A stretch of DNA of 52,145 nt, taken from positions 1 to 52,145 of the forward strand of contig JAKAAG010000004.1 in the NCBI GenBank assembly GCA_021797085.1, in the 5' to 3' direction. The notes under the pieces are model-generated. The model saw nothing but the letters and a program-made list of their open reading frames with translations. It was not told the DNA's origin and made no database searches. The DNA comes from Nanobdellota archaeon. Its GTDB lineage: Archaea; Nanobdellota; Nanobdellia; Parvarchaeales; Parvarchaeaceae. Positions 35,965 through 44,303 of this stretch are shown one piece after another (within the stretch, counting starts at the first letter, position 1; each line of letters begins with the position of its first letter). The position numbers and the translations under genes are program-made.

Positions 35965-36278
35965 ACAGCGGATTCTATGAAGCAATTGCTATTGCAGTTA
36001 TTGGTGTACTGATAGCTTTGTCTGTGATAAGATTTACGGCGGCATTTTATAAAAATCCTTTGAAAGCAGTTCAGTTGATACGGCTTGATAAAAATTCTAT
36101 TACAGTCTTTATAATATTCCTCACAATGAATTTTATCTTTTTGGCAGGTTACCTGCTGCAGTTGTTTAATTCTTTAAATAATTCCGATTTATTAGGGATA
36201 TTAGTTTATGCTTTGGGCACTTCATTTTTCTTTTTTGCTCTTACAAGTATCATATCCAAGAAATACAAATTAGATTAA
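35961..36278 (+). CDS. Small 3-TM membrane protein, cassette copy 2, member B
   Basis: ATGA overlap with member A. Three hydrophobic helices. Confidence 0.55.
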   Translation: MNSGFYEAIAIAVIGVLIALSVIRFTAAFYKNPLKAVQLIRLDKNSITVFIIFLTMNFIFLAGYLLQLFNSLNNSDLLGILVYALGTSFFFFALTSIISKKYKLD

Positions 36279-36299
36279 TTTTGGTTTAAAAAGAAAGGT

Positions 36300-36307
36300 T
36301 TTTATAA
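36300..36307 (+). promoter_or_regulatory. TATA-like box (TTTTATAA) for the orphan five-gene cluster
   Basis: Centred about 27 bp upstream of the ATG at 36330, a leaderless geometry. Confidence 0.35.
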
Positions 36308-36329
36308 GATTAGTATTCTTTTAAAGGGC

Positions 36330-36848
36330 ATGTTTAGGAAAAATACCAATAAAGCATTTAAAGGGCTTGATAAATTAAGAAAGAATCTCGATTTAATTTT
36401 AGAGGATTTGAAAGATGAAGATCCGGAAAATATTTTGAAATTTCCATATAATGATCTATCGGATTACTTCAAGAACATAAAAATCGAGCTCTTAAGAAAA
36501 AGGAAGGAAAGTTCTATATTTCCGGGGAAATCAAGTGATTATGTAATAAAGAGCGGGAATACTTCTGACTATGACAGCAGCTTTATGCACGATAGCGTTC
36601 CTTTGTTTTATATGTCAGGAATCTATAGAACAAGAAGTGGTGGCGATGAAGAAAGAGAGTACTTCGGCATAAAATCGAATGGAAAGATCGTGCCTACTGC
36701 GTATATAAAACATTTGTATTCGGATAATTACAAGGTATACCTGAATTATGACATTATCAAGGATCTAGATAATGAATCCTTTAAAAAAATTATAGCAGCG
36801 ACTAGCATTAGGTTATCTGATTACAGAAGTGTTTCTTATTTCAGTTAA
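36330..36848 (+). CDS. Hypothetical soluble protein (orphan cluster, gene a)
   Basis: 172-aa open frame with its own TATA box. No TM segment, signal or recognisable motif. Confidence 0.5.
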   Translation: MFRKNTNKAFKGLDKLRKNLDLILEDLKDEDPENILKFPYNDLSDYFKNIKIELLRKRKESSIFPGKSSDYVIKSGNTSDYDSSFMHDSVPLFYMSGIYRTRSGGDEEREYFGIKSNGKIVPTAYIKHLYSDNYKVYLNYDIIKDLDNESFKKIIAATSIRLSDYRSVSYFS

Positions 36849-36922
36849 ATACCAACTATAGTTAATTATTTATAATATAACATGTATCTAGTTTACAATT
36901 AAAAAGTAATTAAAATAGCCAT

Positions 36923-37831
36923 ATGACCAAGAAATCCTCAGATATTGAAAAACTACTGAAATCATTGCCGTACAAGAGCGATGCAGACGGCAACCCTACA
37001 TTAAAAAAGGAATTCGTAAGGAACTCAAATTACTTCAGCGATTTTGGCTTAGCAGTGAATGAAAGATACATTGCAGATACCTTCCCAAAAGTAAAAAGCA
37101 GGGAATACTTGCAGTTTAATAATCTATATAACACTGGCTTTTTTGATGATTATTTTGCAAGGCAGTACAAATTGTTAAATGACCTTTATACTGTAAAACC
37201 AGACAACTTTCCAAAACCAGTTGCATTGATTGTAGATGATTCGGCCAAAAGAGTAGGTTACATAACTATGCCTTTTGATGGTAATGAAAAAAGAAACTAC
37301 ATTCCGAAAGCGGTTTCTTTGCAAGATTACCTAGATAATTATAGAAGCTGGGACGAAAAATTGATAGCTGAGAAAATAAGTAGAGTAACTTCTCTTCAGG
37401 ATCTGATTCCAAGGGATGAACTTAATAATTTCATACTTAAGAAGGGGATTAAACGGCTTTCATACGGTGAAAGATACCTTAAGGAATACGCGGCAAGAAT
37501 AGACGTTTACAAGAACAGAATGGAAGAGCTGAAGGACATAAAGAAGCAGATAAATGATACTGTAAAATACATAAATCAGAATGGCTTATCACACAATAAT
37601 CTCTACCTTGAAAACATAATCATTTATTGGGATGAGAATAAGAAAGCGAAGGTGGGGTTCTTAAATCCAATCAATAAACAAGACGTGAAATCATATTTCT
37701 TTGCATCCGATGAGCATAGGGTCAAATCGATAAATCGCAGCATAAAATGGGCAGAATTTAAACAGAACATGCTAATTAATAAGTATACTGAAAAATACAA
37801 ATCGCTTTATCCTGGATTCAGGATAAGATAA
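36923..37831 (+). CDS. Hypothetical protein with protein-kinase-like C-lobe motifs but no catalytic Asp (orphan cluster, gene b)
   Basis: YINQNGLSHNNLYLENIIIY...KAKVGFLNP aligns by eye to YLHxxGxxHRDLKPENILL...KxxDFG. VGYITMPFDG resembles a hinge. Confidence 0.5.
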   Translation: MTKKSSDIEKLLKSLPYKSDADGNPTLKKEFVRNSNYFSDFGLAVNERYIADTFPKVKSREYLQFNNLYNTGFFDDYFARQYKLLNDLYTVKPDNFPKPVALIVDDSAKRVGYITMPFDGNEKRNYIPKAVSLQDYLDNYRSWDEKLIAEKISRVTSLQDLIPRDELNNFILKKGIKRLSYGERYLKEYAARIDVYKNRMEELKDIKKQINDTVKYINQNGLSHNNLYLENIIIYWDENKKAKVGFLNPINKQDVKSYFFASDEHRVKSINRSIKWAEFKQNMLINKYTEKYKSLYPGFRIR

Positions 37832-37837
37832 ATATAT

Positions 37838-38563
37838 ATGAAGGTTTTATTTCCTAAACGAGAATCTAAGTGCATTGAAATCTATAAAGATATAAATGAG
37901 GATTCTAATCTGTATAAATTGCTATTAGGTGTGGGGCCGATGATGTCCGAAGCATTACTCAACTTTTATGCAAAAAAAGGAGATAAAAGCGTATACAAAA
38001 ATGTAATAAACAAGAAAAATCTTTCCTATTTTTCCAGCTATGTAAACTATTTCAATTCTCTTGAAAAGAAATTGACAGTTACTGTAAGTAGTAGCTACAA
38101 AGAACTTCAGGCAATGAAGGACTACGAGCTGGAAGCCGTCTATTCAGTATTAGACTCTGATAAAGATGAATGCACAAGCAACGTGTGGGGAGAGAAGTAT
38201 GATAATATAATTAAAACCAGGAATAGAATATTGAAAGATGAAGTAGATCTTTCAAGTAGATTGCCAAAGCTTGATTATATCCATTCTGTAAATGTAAATT
38301 ATGCGCATCTTTTTTCGTATGACTTCAAAAAAGACCTGGACCCTAGGAAAGCAAAGGCATTGCTGTACAAGAAAACTTTAAAAATTGGACAGGATCCAAA
38401 GGTGTACACTGATTTTAATCTTTTCTCTTTAAAGGACAAAGCAAGCATCGCAATAGCGTTTTACGGCAGGGCCATAGAGTTTACGGATTTCATGGACATG
38501 TTCAATTCGATTGATTATTCCGTTAATAAAGGAAAGGGTAGGAACGTAAAACCTATCTTATAA
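37838..38563 (+). CDS. Hypothetical soluble protein (orphan cluster, gene c)
   Basis: 241-aa frame starting 6 bp after gene b. No recognisable motif. Confidence 0.5.
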   Translation: MKVLFPKRESKCIEIYKDINEDSNLYKLLLGVGPMMSEALLNFYAKKGDKSVYKNVINKKNLSYFSSYVNYFNSLEKKLTVTVSSSYKELQAMKDYELEAVYSVLDSDKDECTSNVWGEKYDNIIKTRNRILKDEVDLSSRLPKLDYIHSVNVNYAHLFSYDFKKDLDPRKAKALLYKKTLKIGQDPKVYTDFNLFSLKDKASIAIAFYGRAIEFTDFMDMFNSIDYSVNKGKGRNVKPIL

Positions 38564-38603
38564 AGAAAAAGTATTAATAACATCATTTGTCTAATAGAAC
38601 GCT

Positions 38604-38999
38604 ATGCAAAACAAAAAGACAGATATAGAGCAGGGAATTAACGGCAAATATAAGCATGCTTTAGAGGAGCTTTGTAATGTCTCCACTGAGGAAGTATCAA
38701 AGAGGGTATTCGGCAGGCAATACTCTAAGATTTTAGGTGAGCTTTCGTATATTATTGAAAACGGTTATAAAGGTGTATTGGATTATTCTTATATTTTAAA
38801 CACTGAAGAAATGAAGGACGTTACCAAAGATTATATGCGTTCTATTTTCGAGAAGGGCCTTAAAAAAGTTGAATACAGTAATTTTAATATAGATTTCAAC
38901 GATAAAAGACAAGTTAAAACTGGAATATACGGTTATACCATAGCTCATGTGTACAAAATTCTTTTTAAGCAGAACAATGGTAAAAAATCAAGAAAATGA
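38604..38999 (+). CDS. Hypothetical soluble protein (orphan cluster, gene d)
   Basis: 131-aa frame ending in a Lys-rich tail across an A6 run. Confidence 0.45.
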   Translation: MQNKKTDIEQGINGKYKHALEELCNVSTEEVSKRVFGRQYSKILGELSYIIENGYKGVLDYSYILNTEEMKDVTKDYMRSIFEKGLKKVEYSNFNIDFNDKRQVKTGIYGYTIAHVYKILFKQNNGKKSRK

Positions 39000-39273
39000 A
39001 CGGTTGGAAGAGCTGCTCTTTGATTGCAGTTTAACGTTTTTTGGAAAACCAAATTTGGATGTTTTTTCAAGAGCTAACGATCTCAAAAGTAATTTAGGGG
39101 CAGATTCATTAGTTTACTCTTCAAGCTATAAGGTTTTGAATCCCGAAACTGTTGCGATTGACCTTCATTTTTACACTATCTCAAACAAATATGAATTAAA
39201 AAACAAGCTTAACAATCTTGCAGACCAGTACTCCTTTGGCTTATCTTATAGAATACATGAACTTAAAGAGTAA
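38977..39273 (+). CDS. Hypothetical soluble protein (orphan cluster, gene e)
   Basis: 98-aa frame from ATG 38977 (the ORF track starts at 38947). It overlaps gene d by 23 bp in the +1 frame. Confidence 0.4.
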   Translation: MVKNQENERLEELLFDCSLTFFGKPNLDVFSRANDLKSNLGADSLVYSSSYKVLNPETVAIDLHFYTISNKYELKNKLNNLADQYSFGLSYRIHELKE

Positions 39274-39284
39274 AACACTAAGAA

Positions 39285-39905
39285 TTACTGCTTTTTGTAA
39301 ACATCCTGGAATTTTATAAACCTTTCATTCAGTTTTTTCCAGTCCAAATTATTGAAGAATGGCTCTAAGTATTTTGCTTTATCCGGCCCATAATCAACGT
39401 AAAATGCGTGTTCATAAACGTCTAAAGCTATTATGGGTATTGAACCCCATACTGCTCCGTCGTTATGTACATCTGCTAAAAATGTTCTAAGTTTATTGTC
39501 AGTAGGGTCTATTGCAAGTATGGCCCACCCTCTAGCTGCCTTTGCAGTTGCCATCATATCAAGTTTAAAATTTTCAAAGCTACCGAAATCTTCATTTATC
39601 TTTTTTATAAGTGGCATATCCTCTGAATACTTGCCGTCTCCTCCGAACATTTCAAAATAAAGTTCATGAAGCAGCTGTCCGCTTGCATTGAATGTTTCTT
39701 CTTTTTTCAATGATCTAAATTCACTATAATTTGCATTTGCAGCTGCTTTATCAACTGTTTTAAGCTTGCTGTGTACTTCATTTCTCTTTTTTACATAGCC
39801 AGCATAATGTACATCATGGTGAAAGCTTATCTGCTTCTCAGAAAATCCTTCCAAAGATTTATAATTTAGTTTTTGTACTTCATACTGATCATCGTAGTTT
39901 GCCAT
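39285..39905 (-). CDS. sod: Fe/Mn superoxide dismutase
   Basis: FHHDVHYAGYV, LHELYFE and the DVYEHAFY metal-ligand motifs. 206 aa. Confidence 0.93.
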   Translation of the reverse strand: MANYDDQYEVQKLNYKSLEGFSEKQISFHHDVHYAGYVKKRNEVHSKLKTVDKAAANANYSEFRSLKKEETFNASGQLLHELYFEMFGGDGKYSEDMPLIKKINEDFGSFENFKLDMMATAKAARGWAILAIDPTDNKLRTFLADVHNDGAVWGSIPIIALDVYEHAFYVDYGPDKAKYLEPFFNNLDWKKLNERFIKFQDVYKKQ

Positions 39906-39972
39906 AAAATCACCCAGTAATTATAACACAGTTATAGTATATAAAATTTTTTTATGTTCTCATAGAAAAGTA

Positions 39973-39980
39973 TTTAAATA
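39973..39980 (+). promoter_or_regulatory. TATA box (TTTAAATA) of the padR-ABC operon
   Basis: Consensus octamer. The predicted transcription start near 40003 falls inside the palindrome listed next. Confidence 0.4.
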
Positions 39981-39999
39981 CAAGATATATCTTTAATAG

Positions 40000-40016
40000 A
40001 TATCGTAAAACGATAT
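40000..40016 (+). promoter_or_regulatory. Perfect 7-3-7 palindrome ATATCGT-AAA-ACGATAT, candidate PadR operator
   Basis: Lies between the TATA box and the SD (GAGGTGA, 40017-40023) of padR, overlapping the predicted transcription start. Confidence 0.4.
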
Positions 40017-40031
40017 TGAGAGGTGAAAAAT

Positions 40032-40550
40032 ATGAAAGATAAAGAAGATGACTTTAATGAAATAAACTTCGGATTTAATATAGATCCGAATATAATACAC
40101 AAGTTTGCACACTCTATGCACGGAATAACTCGTGGCTTTGGAATAAAATACTGGATACTTATGCTAGTTTCGAAAGAGAAGATGACAGGCGCACAGATGA
40201 TAGACAAGATATATGAGATGAGCTTTGGTTTCTGGAGGCCTTCTCCTGGCAGCATATACTCTATATTAAAGTACCTGTCAGAAAGCGGGTTTGTAAAGAT
40301 AGAGCAAAAGGACAACAAAAAATATTATTCGATTACTGATAAAGGAAAGGAGTATTTAGACAGTTCGTGGTTTCCATGGAGGTCTGCTTCTTCCTTCATG
40401 AATAAAGATGAAGGGACAAGCATAGACGAAACTATAGAAACCTTAGATAACCTATCCGAATTCTTAGCAGAAAAAGGTAAGCTTCTGAGCAAGGAAAACA
40501 AGAAAACACTGAAAATAATAGATGATAGGTTGCACGGTCTACTGAAGTGA
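40032..40550 (+). CDS. PadR-family transcriptional regulator
   Basis: Winged-helix signature GAQMIDKIYE...WRPSPGSIYSILKYLSESGFV...YYSITDKGKEYL. The ATG at 40032 sits 8 nt after GAGGTGA. The GTG at 40023 used by the ORF track is part of that SD. Confidence 0.85.
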   Translation: MKDKEDDFNEINFGFNIDPNIIHKFAHSMHGITRGFGIKYWILMLVSKEKMTGAQMIDKIYEMSFGFWRPSPGSIYSILKYLSESGFVKIEQKDNKKYYSITDKGKEYLDSSWFPWRSASSFMNKDEGTSIDETIETLDNLSEFLAEKGKLLSKENKKTLKIIDDRLHGLLK

Positions 40551-40551
40551 T

Positions 40552-41520
40552 ATGGGTGAAATAACAGTAGATGTGAGAGATCTAAGCAAACAATACGGCA
40601 ATTTTAAGGCTGTAGATAACATCTCATTTACTGTTAAAAAGGGAGAGATATTTGGCTTGCTTGGTCCAAATGGCGCAGGAAAGACAACTACTATAAAGCT
40701 GCTTACTACTTTAAGTCCACCAACGAGCGGTCAAGCGTTCGTAGCAGGGTATGACATAATCAAGCAGCAAAAAGAAGTGAAAAGAAACATAGGGTGGGTT
40801 TCTGCAGAAATAATACTAGATGATGATTTGAATGCATGGGAGAACCTTGGTCTTCAGGCTGCTCTGCAGGGTATAACTAATTGGGAAGAAAGTGCGGATA
40901 CGCTTTTGAAATACTTTGAACTAGCAGAGTTTAAATACAAAAATGTAGGTAAGTTTTCCACAGGGATGAGAAAGAAACTAGAGATAGCGATGGCTTTGTT
41001 GAATTCTCCAGAAGTAATATTCATGGATGAGCCAACTATAGGCTTAGATGTGGGGACTAGGAAAATGCTTTGGGACCTTATACTTTTGATAAAAAATGAG
41101 TATAAAGTAACTGTGTTTCTTACAACGCATTATATGGATGAAGCAGACCAGTTGTGTGACAGGATTGCAATAATCTCGCATGGTAAAATAATAGCATTAG
41201 GATCACCTTCTGAATTAAAACAGAAAGCTGGTGGGTATGCAGTAAGCCTAGAAGTCAACGATGGCTTTGATATCTCTTCCTTAAAGCAGTTTCATATACT
41301 GGAAAACGATAAAAACAAAATCTTGATAGAAATAAGCTCGAAGGACAACATGCTTGATGTTCTCAAATCAATAAACCTAGAAAAACTTAAATCAATAAAT
41401 CTCATAACTCCAAGTCTAGATAGCGTATTCTTAAAGTTAACTGGCTCAACTATAAAGGAAACAGAAGAAGCAGTGGATTACCGTAAGTTTTATTCAATGG
41501 TTAGGAGGAACACGCAATGA
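40552..41520 (+). CDS. ABC transporter ATP-binding protein (DrrA-like, with C-terminal extension)
   Basis: Walker A GPNGAGKTT, signature FSTGMRKK, Walker B IFMDEPTIGLD, H-loop TTH. Confidence 0.9.
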   Translation: MGEITVDVRDLSKQYGNFKAVDNISFTVKKGEIFGLLGPNGAGKTTTIKLLTTLSPPTSGQAFVAGYDIIKQQKEVKRNIGWVSAEIILDDDLNAWENLGLQAALQGITNWEESADTLLKYFELAEFKYKNVGKFSTGMRKKLEIAMALLNSPEVIFMDEPTIGLDVGTRKMLWDLILLIKNEYKVTVFLTTHYMDEADQLCDRIAIISHGKIIALGSPSELKQKAGGYAVSLEVNDGFDISSLKQFHILENDKNKILIEISSKDNMLDVLKSINLEKLKSINLITPSLDSVFLKLTGSTIKETEEAVDYRKFYSMVRRNTQ

Positions 41521-42284
41521 TAAAGGAAACTTGGGCTCTATTCATAAGAGAAGTTAAGAAAACGTTTAGAAATAAAGCAGTTGTAGCTATGATGGTAGTG
41601 CAACCTATAATGTGGCTGGTCTTTTTCGGCAGCAGTTTTTCGCACGTTCCATCCAGCTTTTTATCAAGTTTTTTCAACACCACAAATTACATAGCTTTTC
41701 TGCTCCCTGGTGAACTTGCAGCTTCCATGATATTTGTAGGCATGTTTAGTTCAATGAGCATGATACAGGATAAAAGATTTGGGTTTTTGAAGAGGATACT
41801 AGTTACAAAAGCACCAAAAGAGTCGATTTTCTTTGGGAAGGTTTTTGGAGCTTCTACACGGGGATTATTATCGATTCCAATAATGATGCTTGTAAGCCTT
41901 GCTTTTGGCGTAGTGTTTCACTGGAATATTCTGAGCTTGGTAGTCTGGATATTGGGGTTGCTTCTTTTAGGGGTAGGCATGGCTTCGATATACTCGATAA
42001 TAACAATGCGTTCTAATGACTGGCAGACCCCGGGGGTTGTGTCTAACCTTATAAACTTGCCTTTAATGTTTTCAAGTACTGCACTTTTTCCTTCTACAAT
42101 CTTTCCAGGGTGGATGAGAGATATAAGCTCTGTAAATCCGCTATCGTTTGCAGCAGGATTGGGCAGGTCATTTGTTCTTAATACTCCTCCGAACTTCCTG
42201 TTTCTTCTATATCTGGTTATCTTCTGCTTTTTATTTTTGGGGATAGGAGCATTTTTATCTAGGGAATGGCTTAAAGCTGAATAA
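41517..42284 (+). CDS. ABC-2-type permease
   Basis: Six hydrophobic helices. ATGA overlap with the ATPase gene. Confidence 0.75.
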   Translation: MIKETWALFIREVKKTFRNKAVVAMMVVQPIMWLVFFGSSFSHVPSSFLSSFFNTTNYIAFLLPGELAASMIFVGMFSSMSMIQDKRFGFLKRILVTKAPKESIFFGKVFGASTRGLLSIPIMMLVSLAFGVVFHWNILSLVVWILGLLLLGVGMASIYSIITMRSNDWQTPGVVSNLINLPLMFSSTALFPSTIFPGWMRDISSVNPLSFAAGLGRSFVLNTPPNFLFLLYLVIFCFLFLGIGAFLSREWLKAE

Positions 42285-42286
42285 TC

Positions 42287-43066
42287 ATGGAATACTCTAT
42301 AATCGCAGATAAATTGACAAAGAAATTTGGGGATTTTACTGCCGATAACGCCATAAGCTTAAAGGTAAAAAAAGGCGAGATATTCGGCATTCTAGGCCCA
42401 AATGGCGCAGGAAAAACTACTTTGATAAGCATGCTCACTACTTTGATAAAGCCGACAAGCGGGCACGCATACGTACTGGGGCATGACGTAATAAAAGACG
42501 CATTGGAAGTTAGAAAGTCCATAGGGGTTATAACAGAAAAGGTAACTATGTATCCGCCGCTCACAGCAGAAGAAAATCTAATGTTCTTTGGAAGGCTTTA
42601 TGGAATAAGTAGAAAGGAGCTTGAAGAGAAGATAAATGAAGGCTTAGAGGAGTTTCAGCTGTCAAAATTCAGAAAAAGGCCAGTAGGCACCTTTTCTTTG
42701 GGTATGAAAAGGAGATTAGATTTAGTTAGAGTGCTGTTAAACGAACCAAAGGTCTTCTTTTTAGATGAACCAACGGTTGGATTAGATCCAATAACTGTTT
42801 CATTTATAAAGAAAAAAATAAGGGACATAAACAAGAGAGGAAGCACTATAATACTTACAACACACATAATGCAGGATGCAGACGAGCTTTCCCATAGGGT
42901 TGCGTTGATAGATCATGGCAATTTAATGGCCTGCGATACCCCTAAGAATCTTAAGAAAAAGTTGGGTAAAAATGCAACCTTAGAAAATGTTTTCATACAC
43001 TATGCTGGTGAAGAATTAAGGGATGAGACTGAAAAGATGAGTATAGCGCCAAGGAGAGGTATGTGA
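42287..43066 (+). CDS. ABC transporter ATP-binding protein (second pair)
   Basis: Walker A GPNGAGKTT, signature FSLGMKRR, Walker B FFLDEPTVGLD, H-loop TTH. Confidence 0.9.
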   Translation: MEYSIIADKLTKKFGDFTADNAISLKVKKGEIFGILGPNGAGKTTLISMLTTLIKPTSGHAYVLGHDVIKDALEVRKSIGVITEKVTMYPPLTAEENLMFFGRLYGISRKELEEKINEGLEEFQLSKFRKRPVGTFSLGMKRRLDLVRVLLNEPKVFFLDEPTVGLDPITVSFIKKKIRDINKRGSTIILTTHIMQDADELSHRVALIDHGNLMACDTPKNLKKKLGKNATLENVFIHYAGEELRDETEKMSIAPRRGM

Positions 43067-44265
43067 TGGTATTAAAGGCCTTAAATGATGCGTTCATTGT
43101 CGCCGAAAGAGATTTAATCGAGCTTTACAGGACGCCATTCAGGCTGGTAATGATGTTTGTCTTTCCGGTACTTATAATAATGCTGTTTGGTTTCATGTTT
43201 CCTTCTACATCCAGCTTTAACGGTGTTCATATAGGTGTAGTAAACAATGACAGCGGATTTACTTTGAATGGACAGACAATTTACTTGAGCAATTCATTTA
43301 TATCCCTTGTAAAATACAATTCCAGCATTTCCTTTAGTAATTATTCTTCATTGACCTCGGCTGAATCTGCCTTGAGGAGTGGCACTATTGATTCCATTCT
43401 GTACTTTCCAAAAAATTTCACAAGCGTAAGCCTTTCTGATCAGCCGACACAATTAAAGCTGGTAACGAACCCGACTTCTCCTACACTAGAGGAATACATA
43501 GACGCTAAAGTGTCAGCGGCTTCAACCATTCTTTCTGCAGAAATCGTCAACGGTACAGTTTCTAAGTTGAATTCGGAGCTTGTTGGCCTGCCGAAAATAA
43601 ATCCGCAGTTTATCATTTCTCCTGTAGTTGTAAGCTCACTTCCAATACTTTCCGGGAATTACTTTGATTTTATCGGCCCCGGCTTAATAATGCTGCTAAG
43701 CATGATGGCAGGGTTAACTGCTTTGGGATCAGCATTAAGCAGGGAAAAGGAAGATGGAACTATAACGGCTGTAATGCTTTCTCCGATAAGGACGGGTTCG
43801 TTTCTTACCGGAAAGATGCTTTCACAGTTGGTAAGAAGCTTAATACAGTCTGCTGTGGTTGTTATTCTTGTAATTCTTCTGTTCCATATGAGCTTTAATG
43901 GAAACATTTTACTTACTGCGGCTATACTTATCTTGGGTATATTTGGTTTTCTCGGTTTAGGGCTGTTGGTAACAGCATTGACAAAAGACCAGGAAACTTC
44001 TCAGCTCTTGCTAAATCTGGTTTTCTTCCCAATGCTGTTTTTGAGCGGAGTCCTCTATCCCTTACAGGAATTACCTGCAGTTGTAGCAGACATAGCAAAG
44101 TTCCTGCCATTGACTTATGGAGTTCAGGCTTTTAGGCAGGTAGTTGTTTTCAATGCTTCATTTGCTTCAGTATGGTCTTCAATGCTTATACTGTTTTTAT
44201 TCGGCGCAGTCTCACTTGCAATTGCAGTTCCAGTCTTTCTTATAAAGAAGAGCAGCGGTAATTAG
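43066..44265 (+). CDS. ABC-2-type permease with a large extracytoplasmic loop
   Basis: An N-terminal TM helix, a ~170-aa hydrophilic loop, then five helices. The start overlaps the upstream stop (TGATG), with GTG 43063 as an alternative. SD-like GGAGAGGT lies upstream. Confidence 0.75.
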   Translation: MVLKALNDAFIVAERDLIELYRTPFRLVMMFVFPVLIIMLFGFMFPSTSSFNGVHIGVVNNDSGFTLNGQTIYLSNSFISLVKYNSSISFSNYSSLTSAESALRSGTIDSILYFPKNFTSVSLSDQPTQLKLVTNPTSPTLEEYIDAKVSAASTILSAEIVNGTVSKLNSELVGLPKINPQFIISPVVVSSLPILSGNYFDFIGPGLIMLLSMMAGLTALGSALSREKEDGTITAVMLSPIRTGSFLTGKMLSQLVRSLIQSAVVVILVILLFHMSFNGNILLTAAILILGIFGFLGLGLLVTALTKDQETSQLLLNLVFFPMLFLSGVLYPLQELPAVVADIAKFLPLTYGVQAFRQVVVFNASFASVWSSMLILFLFGAVSLAIAVPVFLIKKSSGN

Positions 44266-44303
44266 AATAGTTATAAAAGTATGAAATGGTGTATTAAATT
44301 AAA

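Noticed and set aside
39922-39936. 6-3-6 palindrome TATAAC-ACA-GTTATA between the sod start codon and its likely TATA box.
   Set aside because: Short A/T-only palindromes arise easily by chance at this base composition. No regulator gene is adjacent, so it is not reported as a site.
39974-40318. 114-aa minus-strand ORF.
   Set aside because: It overlaps the padR promoter, operator and coding region, and padR has a clear winged-helix signature on the plus strand.
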